From the UHGV virus genome UHGV-0185894: a stretch of 10,257 nucleotides of DNA; one strand, 5' to 3'. This DNA is from a virus. A model generated the notes under the pieces. It saw nothing but the letters and a program-made list of their open reading frames with translations. It did not search any database and was not told where the DNA came from. Made by a program: the position numbers and the translations under genes. This document shows, piece after piece, positions 1-7,171 of this stretch (position 1 is the first letter of the stretch; every line of letters starts with the position of its first letter).

Positions 1-1
1 G

Positions 2-214
2 CGCGGCGGGATAGAACGAGCGCACGAGCTGGAACACGCCGACACCGAGGCCGGTGGCATCAATACCGATGTATTCGACCCCTAGGGCCCCACCGCCGGG
101 GAGAAAGCCAGCCACGCCGACCTCGCCTGGGCGACCATGCACGCCCTGTTAAATGAGCCACTCACCGCCGGTATCAGCACCCCGCTGACATCCACCATTC
201 TGGAGTTTTACTGA
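2..214 (+). CDS. P: 3' end of the late gene upstream of portal (position of P2 gpP, terminase large/ATPase subunit); partial at window edge; contains an in-frame TAG at 83..85
   Basis: The frame ending in TGA at 212..214 overlaps the Q start ATG (214..216) by 1 nt, as in the P2 P-Q operon. The translation in this frame is protein-like (…AWATMHALLNEPLTAGISTPLTSTILEFY*) but is interrupted by TAG at 83..85. Identity as terminase is inferred from position only. Confidence 0.45.
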
Positions 215-1248
215 TGAGCAAGAAAGAAGGGAAAACACCGCAGCCAGCGGCAAAAACAATCACCGCCAGCGCCCCGAAAATGGAAGCATTCACCTTTGGC
301 GAGCCGGTGCCGGTACTCGACCGCCGTGACATTCTGGATTACGTCGAGTGCATCAGTAACGGCAGATGGTATGAGCCGCCGGTCAGCTTTACCGGTCTGG
401 CAAAAAGCCTGCGTGCTGCCGTGCATCACAGCTCACCGATTTACGTCAAACGCAATATTCTGGCCTCAACATTTATCCCGCATCCGTGGCTTTCCCAGCA
501 GGATTTCAGCCGCTTTGTGCTGGATTTTCTGGTGTTCGGTAATGCGTTTCTGGAAAAGCGTTACAGCACCACCGGTAAGGTCATCAGACTGGAAACCTCA
601 CCGGCAAAATATACCCGCCGTGGTGTGGAAGAGGATGTTTACTGGTGGGTGCCGTCCTTCAACGAGCCGACACCTTTCACGCCCGGTTCCGTGTTTCACC
701 TGCTGGAGCCGGATATTAATCAGGAGCTGTACGGCCTGCCGGAATACCTCAGCGCCCTTAACTCTGCCTGGCTGAATGAGTCGGCCACGCTGTTCCGCCG
801 CAAGTATTACGAAAACGGCGCACATGCCGGATACATCATGTACGTCACCGATGCCGTGCAGGATCGCAACGATATCGAAATGCTTCGCGAAAACATGGTG
901 AAGTCGAAAGGCCGCAACAACTTTAAAAATCTGTTTCTCTATGCCCCACAAGGGAAAGCCGACGGCATTAAAATTATCCCGCTCAGTGAAGTGGCGACGA
1001 AGGACGATTTTTTTAATATCAAAAAAGCCAGTGCCGCAGACCTGCTGGACGCCCACCGCATCCCCTTTCAGTTGATGGGCGGCAAGCCGGAGAACGTCGG
1101 GTCGCTGGGTGATATTGAGAAAGTGGCAAAGGTCTTTGTCCGCAATGAGCTTATCCCGTTACAGGACAGGATCCGAGAGATAAACGGCTGGCTCGGTCAG
1201 GAGGTCATCCGCTTTAAAAACTACTCACTGGACACTGACAACGACTGA
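214..1248 (+). CDS. Q: Phage portal (capsid portal) protein, P2 gpQ-like, 344 aa
   Basis: The supplied 344-aa translation matches the P2 Q portal protein in length and sequence as I recall it. GGAG lies 8 nt upstream of the ATG, and the gene is translationally coupled to the upstream ORF. Confidence 0.9.
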   Translation: MSKKEGKTPQPAAKTITASAPKMEAFTFGEPVPVLDRRDILDYVECISNGRWYEPPVSFTGLAKSLRAAVHHSSPIYVKRNILASTFIPHPWLSQQDFSRFVLDFLVFGNAFLEKRYSTTGKVIRLETSPAKYTRRGVEEDVYWWVPSFNEPTPFTPGSVFHLLEPDINQELYGLPEYLSALNSAWLNESATLFRRKYYENGAHAGYIMYVTDAVQDRNDIEMLRENMVKSKGRNNFKNLFLYAPQGKADGIKIIPLSEVATKDDFFNIKKASAADLLDAHRIPFQLMGGKPENVGSLGDIEKVAKVFVRNELIPLQDRIREINGWLGQEVIRFKNYSLDTDND

Positions 1249-1252
1249 ACAT

Positions 1253-1276
1253 CGCCGCCTGCGGGCGGCTTTTTTA
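1253..1276 (+). terminator. Rho-independent terminator after Q (end of the P-Q late operon)
   Basis: GCCGCC (1254..1259), loop TGCG, GGCGGC (1264..1269) form a perfect 6-bp GC stem, followed directly by TTTTTT (1270..1275), 5 nt after the Q stop codon. Confidence 0.65.
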
Positions 1277-1417
1277 CATCCCGTCATCACGCCCTCACAC
1301 GCTCACCACCGCACAAAACACCCCTTAGACACACCAACGCCCCGACGCACAATCTAAACGCCATCACGACGCGCTCAGACGCTGAAAAAATAAAATCAGC
1401 ACCACCGCCAGCGCGCA

Positions 1418-1436
1418 GTGCTTTCCCCGCCTCGCC
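1418..1436 (-). other. cos: cos site core (P2-type 19-nt cohesive end sequence)
   Basis: Plus strand GTGCTTTCCCCGCCTCGCC; its reverse complement GGCGAGGCGGGGAAAGCAC is the P2 cohesive-end sequence. It lies ~170 bp beyond the Q stop, as expected for P2. Confidence 0.8.
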
Positions 1437-1583
1437 CGCCCGCTTCATGCAGGGCTTTAAATGCAGTGCAGCAGTAATGGTTAGAATGCGCCAGCACTGA
1501 TGTTAGATACCAGAACTGGCATTTAAAAATGAATGCAAATAAATGCACCAAACTAATTACTTACTGACAAAAAATAAGTAAAA

Positions 1584-2468
1584 TCAGGCGCAAGTTGGCA
1601 TTGAGACCCCTTTCAGGGTATTAGGAATAATTATTTCAGGAGAAAAAATCATCACTTCCTCTCCAGATTTTTTGAGATGCGCTGTATATTGCAATGAATA
1701 CTCAACTTGCGGAAATTCATTATAAATATCTTTAATTTCCTTAGCGTTATCATAAGAAACAAGCCAATTTGGGAAATTAATTTCTGTGAGTTTCTTCATA
1801 ACCAATACATGGTCATCATGCTCATAAAAATTCCTGTAAAGCCCTTGCCCTTTAATATAGTAAGGAGGATCCAAATACAAAAGAATTTTATTTTTATCCA
1901 CCTTTCCCATATTATCCATAAAATTCAAAGCATCAAGAAAATCCAAAGCATCCAGATTAGTTACTACTATTCTTTGATTATAATTTGCTATCTTCTCAAT
2001 TCTTGAAATTAAATCCGCCCTGTTAAAGCGAACATCCATTTTCCATTTTCCATTTTGTGATTTCCCGCCTATAACCCCCGCCTTGAGAATACCTGAACGA
2101 TTTGTTCTATTTAAGAAAAACGCAGCAAAGCCAACCTCAAGCTTAGTAAACTCAGAAGGATTCGAAATAACATAGCGATGAAAAGACCATTCATCCATAT
2201 CTATCTTTGCTCGGCTAATAAGTCGGCAAAGCTCATCAGTATCACTAACAACAGATGACCAAAAAGAATAAACAGCAAAATCTGCATCATTTATATAGAC
2301 TTTACGGACATACTCTTCCAATAATAATTCTAAAGCCACCCCTGCACCACCAGCGTAAGGTTCTGCATATGCTCCATCATTCAACGAGTTTTTTTCAATA
2401 ACATCTTTTAAAAAGTAAGATAACTTACCTTTCCCGCCGGGGTATCTTAATGGAGTATAAAATTTCAT
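1584..2468 (-). CDS. Dam-family (D12 class, alpha-type) N6-adenine DNA methyltransferase, 294 aa
   Basis: N-terminal RYPGGKGKL (compare Dam LKWAGGK), SAM-binding motif I AEPYAGGAGV (FxGxG), and catalytic motif IV DPPY at aa 200..203 (nt 1871..1860, checked against the DNA). The motif order I-then-IV is that of Dam-like alpha-class enzymes. RBS GAGAGGG lies upstream of the ATG. Confidence 0.85.
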   Translation of the reverse strand: MKFYTPLRYPGGKGKLSYFLKDVIEKNSLNDGAYAEPYAGGAGVALELLLEEYVRKVYINDADFAVYSFWSSVVSDTDELCRLISRAKIDMDEWSFHRYVISNPSEFTKLEVGFAAFFLNRTNRSGILKAGVIGGKSQNGKWKMDVRFNRADLISRIEKIANYNQRIVVTNLDALDFLDALNFMDNMGKVDKNKILLYLDPPYYIKGQGLYRNFYEHDDHVLVMKKLTEINFPNWLVSYDNAKEIKDIYNEFPQVEYSLQYTAHLKKSGEEVMIFSPEIIIPNTLKGVSMPTCA

Positions 2469-2537
2469 AAATCCCTCTCATTCCTGATTTTGTAGTTTAT
2501 CAGTTTCTGGACATCCATGTCCAGATGTAGACAAATC

Positions 2538-4043
2538 TCACTCACTCCAAATAAGGCTTAATAACAACTCAAAGTTATCCCACTCAGTGTTGACAGCCTC
2601 TTTTGAGGGAATTAAGTGTGGGTTATGTACATACTGCTGCAATGAACCATCATGTTTAGTTATTTGGCTCGAGAAAGTTATTACAGCCGTACATTGACTC
2701 CCCGTCATCTTTTTATTTTCCCGAAGGAAATTAGCACACATTTTAACCTTATCATGAAGCCCTGGAGTTCTATGCGGTTCCTTAAATTGTAACTTGTTTT
2801 CTTCAACAAAAGTGCTTACAGAGAGATCTATAAATATTCTCAACAATATTGAGATAGCATTAGGGGTGTTATCAAATGTCAGATGCGACTTAAGCTCATT
2901 AAATATTCTAGAGCATTTCTTATGCCCTCTAAAATTAAATTTCACATAAGATGGCACCAACACATTACGATCTACTTTAGGAGGAGTTTTTCCCTTGTTT
3001 TTATTCTGTTCCGTACCCGAAACTTTAGATTTACTCTCTTCTGTGCCTACATGTCTAGAATAATCATCTTCCTGTTTATCCACACCTGTATTCTTTAAGG
3101 CATCACCTTCTGAAAGACCTACTTTCTTTACACTCACAGATGCATCATTTTTGTCAATAGAATCATGTTTTTTCTCTGTAAGAAAAGATTTAGGCTCCAG
3201 TAAACTCCACGGCTTATCTAAAAGAGAGTCTGAAGGTTTTATTTTTTGTTCAATAATAAATGTAACCCTGTCATCTTGGCTACGAATCCTATTAACAGTA
3301 AAACAAGCCTTACCTTTATCATCCTCTTCAATCATTACATCTAAAATATTTTTTAATTGTGCACAAAAACGTTCATAAGGCTGATATGAGTATAGAACTC
3401 CATTAATGCTTTTTAAATTAAAATAATCCCTCACCTTTAAATCACCAAAAAGACGCGTGATGTTTGTGATTTTTAAAAGTCTTTTTTTAGCAATTATCTC
3501 TTTATATAAATCAGTATTGAACTCTATAAATGTAAGTATTTGATTACCAAATGACTGCTTACCCATCCTAGCCAGATGTCGTGCTTTTTCTGTTGCAGTC
3601 CATTCAACTCTTCCAACTCCAGCATTTTGACCAGTATGCTTTAAATTGACCCAATGCTCATATTCATCATCGTCAAAAAGAACGCAGTTATCTATAACAT
3701 TAATATCTTTAAGCTGAGTAATCTTAAGTTTTTCAAAAGCTTTCCGTGCTTTTTCTGTTGGTGCAAGTCTAGGAGAGTGTAAAAGTTTAAGGGCTGTAAC
3801 TCGACGATTACCTTCAGCAACGACGAAAAAGCCAGATTCCTCTTCACTAGGATAAACTAATATGTTTTCAGACGGATCTAAACCTTTCGAAGCAATATCT
3901 TTAGCCAAGCGATAAATGCGGTCGTACTGCAAGTCAAGCATCTTGGCAATAGCATCACGCTGATTTTCTGCTGACGTCGGGAAACGAGGGTTATCAACAT
4001 CCAAAAGTAACTTATTGATATTCATTGATTTTAGTTGATTCAT
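2538..4043 (-). CDS. ParB/Srx-like N-terminal domain protein with low-complexity linker and uncharacterised C-terminal domain (candidate nuclease/NTP-binding effector), ~501 aa; longest ORF extends to 4112 (524 aa)
   Basis: The N-terminal region INKLLLDVDNPRF…GLDPSENILVYPSEEESGFFVVAEGNRRVTALKLL has the ParB N-terminal pattern (…NPR… then a G-x-R-R motif like ParB GERRxRA). NPR (3992..3984) and GNRR (3812..3801) were checked against the DNA. AGAGGA (4056..4051) sits 7 nt upstream of the ATG at 4043, so 4043 or 4049 is a more likely start than 4112. The C-terminal ~140 aa has no motif I recognise. Confidence 0.6.
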   Translation of the reverse strand: MNQLKSMNINKLLLDVDNPRFPTSAENQRDAIAKMLDLQYDRIYRLAKDIASKGLDPSENILVYPSEEESGFFVVAEGNRRVTALKLLHSPRLAPTEKARKAFEKLKITQLKDINVIDNCVLFDDDEYEHWVNLKHTGQNAGVGRVEWTATEKARHLARMGKQSFGNQILTFIEFNTDLYKEIIAKKRLLKITNITRLFGDLKVRDYFNLKSINGVLYSYQPYERFCAQLKNILDVMIEEDDKGKACFTVNRIRSQDDRVTFIIEQKIKPSDSLLDKPWSLLEPKSFLTEKKHDSIDKNDASVSVKKVGLSEGDALKNTGVDKQEDDYSRHVGTEESKSKVSGTEQNKNKGKTPPKVDRNVLVPSYVKFNFRGHKKCSRIFNELKSHLTFDNTPNAISILLRIFIDLSVSTFVEENKLQFKEPHRTPGLHDKVKMCANFLRENKKMTGSQCTAVITFSSQITKHDGSLQQYVHNPHLIPSKEAVNTEWDNFELLLSLIWSE

Positions 4044-4399
4044 CAACATATCCTCTGTTGAATCTTTATGATAAAAATTAATTATTTTTATCATAAATGA
4101 TAGCGTAAACATAGTATTATGAACGACATCAGCCCTGAAGCTTCAAAACTATCATTTACGTTTGCGAGGCACCATCTATCACATTGATTTATAATAAGTA
4201 TCTTTATCTTCACTGCATTGCTCTCAAAAAATCACATAGATGGAAATTCCCCGTTGACACACTCCCAAGTGATGCAGATACATTTCAAGTGCTTCATACA
4301 CATGATAACGGCTATCCCCCTAAATTCTGTGCGTTTCTTTTCCCTCCAGCACAAGGTTGAAATATCTTGCGTGCAGCTTTACTTTGTGAATCTTTGTCA

Positions 4400-6685
4400 T
4401 TATATCCGCGCCATTACTGTTGAGAATCCCGGCCACTCATCAGCGACCGGATACGTGAATTTTTTCCCGTCATAATTTACGGTCGCGCCACGCGCCAGCG
4501 CCTCAAGCTCCCATCGCTGCGGCCTGATACCGTTCTGAGCAAGGTCAACGCGGATACGGGTAATTTGCATTCTTTCCGACCGGGTCAGTCTGGCCGATGG
4601 TGCAATTTCATGTGGTTTTAACGGGCTTCCGTTTCTCTGCTGACGATTTGGTGTTCTCAGCCCGTATTTTAATGCGCCCCTGAGCGCCCTCACGACCTCC
4701 GGGTCATTCCATTCGATAACACCGTCATCAACCAGATTAAGCACTGCTGCGGCGTGCTCAGAAGGCGTGGGAGCCGGTAACGAAGTATTACCGCCGGTGA
4801 GCTTTCCACAGTTATTGACAGGACTCCGAGGCGCGGCGATGCCGCTTTTTAAAGTCAGAGGCTCAACGACCGGAACTTTCGGCACAATGCGCCAGTCCGT
4901 CGTTCTGGTGATATGAATATGACGCGCGCCGAGATGCGGCGCGTAAATGCCGACCACTCTCTCGACTTCTTCCTCGTACTCGTTAACTTCATCCGACGGA
5001 CTACGGGCGACCCTGACAGTCTGACAATCGCGCGGGACATTTGCCCCACCCTGCGCGCTGATATACAACGCAAAATCACCACTGTCTGCGGCGGCGCGTG
5101 CAGCCTCGACGCGCTCGTCAAACTCATCAGCAATGCTGACGCCGCGAGGCAATTTGCGTAGTTCACGGTAAGCCCCCATTGTCGGCAAACCAACCGTTTT
5201 AAATTGTGGGATGCGCCACGTTGACGCCCATGCGGTAACAGCCGCAGCAGTGTCTTTCAGCGGTCTGCCGGTATCGTTATCGAGCTGACCATCCAGTGCA
5301 TAGCCATCGATGTTTTTTGAGATGTATTTCGCGATATACCCCGCAGCACCGCCCTGGTTAAGGTGTTTTGCCTGAAAACGGTTTCGCGCGGCTCCTCTTT
5401 CGTCGCCATCCTCTTTGAGCGCATAGCGACGCATGATTTCGATAATCTGGTTACGCTGGCGTGGATTACAAAAAAGCATCATATGCCAGTGCGGCGTTCC
5501 GTCGTGGTGTGGCTCGACGACACGCAAACCGTAGACCTGTAAATCATTATCTTTGAATGCCGTGCGCATCAGGCTCCAGATATGGCAGAGATAACGCTGC
5601 GCATCCTTTGGATTAAATGCCTCATCGTTCCAGCCGTGATTTAGCTGGACGGTTTTACTTTCGCCTTTTCCGACCTGACGTGTCGGGTGATACTTTGAAG
5701 GCGCGGTAAGCGTGATAAACATCCCCACATCACCCTCTGCGGCGGCGTAACGCTCAATACCGGCAATGGTGTTCATCAGCTCCATCCGGCGAATTTCAGG
5801 ATTAGAAATACTGCCCATCACCTTACTGATAAGGTCGATGCGCTCGCCGGTTTCCCTGTTTTCAAGGTCACACGATTTAAGAAATTCCAGATTTGCCTGG
5901 CGGCGTGCACGCACATCACGAATGGCATGTTTACTGGCATAAGGAGAACGGTCTTTATTCACCTCCCCGACAGCAATCAGTAACGCCTCATGCCAGCGCA
6001 TACGCTGGCCTTTGAGCTGATGAGTCCACCACTCATCGTTAAACAGACGGGCAATGGCAGAATATGCCTGCCTCGTGGTCATCTGTCCTTTACGGTATTT
6101 TTTCCAGTAAAGCGGGGAAATATTGAAAGCACGTGCAGCGCCAGCAACATGACCATAGAGGTGAGCCTGCGCCTCATCCGTAAACAGCGATTCTTTTTCG
6201 CCATGTGCATCCACCCAGGCATCGCTGAGTTCCTCATACATCATGAAAAGCTGCGATGAGATACGGGCGGCAAACTTTTTCAGCTCCTTGTCATTCATTC
6301 CCGGCAGGCGCGCATAGTGGTCACGCTCTGCCAGAAACAGCAACGACGCGTCGGTGTTCATTTCATGGCGCTGATTCACACGCTCAATGCGCGGCCATAA
6401 ACGACGCTGAAAAGTGGATGTGAGGAAATAAAACCCGTGCACCGGGCTTTTATTGCGCCGGATGTAGTCATAGCGTGAAGTAAACAGCGAGCGCAAAAAG
6501 TAAGGCAGGCGGTTAATCGTGGATAAAACACCTTGCATCTGACGCATCTCGTCACGTGTAAGGGGTCTTTCGCGCCCGACGGCCTCGCGTGGCGCGTTCC
6601 ATGCATAAGCACCGGTAAACATCTTACCGGTGCCTGCGGCAAATGCTGACGGAGGGACAAAACGCCCGGAGGCTTTAACGGCCAT
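4400..6685 (-). CDS. A: Replication initiation protein / rolling-circle endonuclease, P2 gpA-like, 761 aa
   Basis: The long ORF matches P2 A in size and position (downstream of B and the small ORFs). Start set at Met15 of the listed 775-aa ORF (MAVKASGRF…, ATG at 6685..6683 checked in the DNA), which gives 761 aa, the length I recall for P2 A. Confidence 0.88.
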   Translation of the reverse strand: MAVKASGRFVPPSAFAAGTGKMFTGAYAWNAPREAVGRERPLTRDEMRQMQGVLSTINRLPYFLRSLFTSRYDYIRRNKSPVHGFYFLTSTFQRRLWPRIERVNQRHEMNTDASLLFLAERDHYARLPGMNDKELKKFAARISSQLFMMYEELSDAWVDAHGEKESLFTDEAQAHLYGHVAGAARAFNISPLYWKKYRKGQMTTRQAYSAIARLFNDEWWTHQLKGQRMRWHEALLIAVGEVNKDRSPYASKHAIRDVRARRQANLEFLKSCDLENRETGERIDLISKVMGSISNPEIRRMELMNTIAGIERYAAAEGDVGMFITLTAPSKYHPTRQVGKGESKTVQLNHGWNDEAFNPKDAQRYLCHIWSLMRTAFKDNDLQVYGLRVVEPHHDGTPHWHMMLFCNPRQRNQIIEIMRRYALKEDGDERGAARNRFQAKHLNQGGAAGYIAKYISKNIDGYALDGQLDNDTGRPLKDTAAAVTAWASTWRIPQFKTVGLPTMGAYRELRKLPRGVSIADEFDERVEAARAAADSGDFALYISAQGGANVPRDCQTVRVARSPSDEVNEYEEEVERVVGIYAPHLGARHIHITRTTDWRIVPKVPVVEPLTLKSGIAAPRSPVNNCGKLTGGNTSLPAPTPSEHAAAVLNLVDDGVIEWNDPEVVRALRGALKYGLRTPNRQQRNGSPLKPHEIAPSARLTRSERMQITRIRVDLAQNGIRPQRWELEALARGATVNYDGKKFTYPVADEWPGFSTVMARI

Positions 6686-6950
6686 ATGAGCCAAAAGCCT
6701 CTGAACAACGCTTGCTGAGTTGCTCAACCTGCACGTTTAAATCAGCAAAAGACTTTGCGCTTCCGGTCAGAATATCGTGATGCATCAGGCCTGAAACGAG
6801 CTGGCTTAATTTCGGGTAATAACCAACCACCGCCAGCCATTCCTGACCGGCGTTTTTACCGCTTTCCGCTCTCTTTTTCTCGTGGAGAATAAACTGAAAG
6901 CTGTCACTGGTAACGACATAACGTTCGCCAATTTCAATACGAATACTCAT
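6675..6950 (-). CDS. Small early-operon protein at the P2 orf83 position, 91 aa, function unknown
   Basis: Intact ORF in the same orientation as A, overlapping the A start by 11 nt and the preceding ORF by 4 nt (operon-style coupling). Assigned by position only. Confidence 0.65.
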   Translation of the reverse strand: MSIRIEIGERYVVTSDSFQFILHEKKRAESGKNAGQEWLAVVGYYPKLSQLVSGLMHHDILTGSAKSFADLNVQVEQLSKRCSEAFGSYGR

Positions 6951-7171
6951 GCCGTTCTCCGGTAATGTTTGTTTTTTGCTTCAAAGACTGACTGACAGGA
7001 AACACAACGCGTGGCTGACGGGTAAGCCGCACGACGGGCAGCAGGTATTGGCGCGTCACACTCTTCGCAAACCAGCGCAGAAGCACCGCAATGTTTTACC
7101 CTTGCCGCGTTAATCTGGCGCTCCAGTAATTCAGCCTGTTGTTCCTGAATAAAATCTACGTTGTCCGGCAT
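6947..7171 (-). CDS. TraR/DksA-type C4 zinc-finger protein at the P2 orf82 position, 74 aa
   Basis: CEEC…17 aa…CVSC four-cysteine arrangement typical of TraR/DksA C4 zinc fingers; coupled to flanking ORFs (1-nt overlap with the next ORF). Confidence 0.75.
   Translation of the reverse strand: MPDNVDFIQEQQAELLERQINAARVKHCGASALVCEECDAPIPAARRAAYPSATRCVSCQSVFEAKNKHYRRTA

Noticed and set aside
296-775. 159-aa ORF on the + strand overlapping Q in another frame
   Set aside because: Entirely inside the well-supported portal gene; the translation is Arg/Ser/Cys/Trp-rich and not protein-like, typical of an off-frame read of GC-rich coding DNA.
208-1056. Antisense ORFs 208..429 (73 aa) and 598..1056 (152 aa) opposite Q
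   Set aside because: Antisense to a conserved structural gene, with no RBS and no recognisable motifs; a GC-rich antisense frame artefact.
1707-2006. 99-aa + strand ORF inside the methyltransferase gene
   Set aside because: Low-complexity Ile/Asn/Phe-rich translation from the antisense strand of AT-rich coding DNA; the opposite strand carries clear methyltransferase motifs.
2883-3378. Two + strand ORFs (71 and 75 aa) inside the ParB-like gene
   Set aside because: Antisense to the linker region of the longer ORF; low-complexity translations; no start context.
2538-4112. Reading the ParB-like protein as a plasmid/prophage partition ParB
   Set aside because: There is no adjacent parA-like ATPase gene and no obvious parS-like palindrome array, and the protein carries a long low-complexity linker and an extra C-terminal domain atypical of partition ParB; P2-type prophages integrate and do not need partitioning. 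Not fully excluded without a domain search.
4218-4475. 85-aa + strand ORF spanning the A/cargo intergenic region and the 3' end of A
   Set aside because: Overlaps the A stop on the opposite strand, has no convincing RBS, and is oriented against the early operon; probably spurious, though a small antisense gene cannot be fully excluded without expression data.
4855-6708. Internal and antisense ORFs within A (4855..5193 -, 4913..5161 +, 5990..6259 +, 6376..6708 -)
   Set aside because: All lie inside the A reading frame region in alternative frames or on the opposite strand; consistent with chance ORFs in GC-rich coding sequence.
6686-6727. 14-codon N-terminal extension of A (MSNSASVVQRLLAH) from the longest ORF
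   Set aside because: The downstream ATG at 6685 gives MAVKASGRF… and 761 aa, which matches my recollection of P2 A; the extension would overlap the upstream small ORF more extensively.
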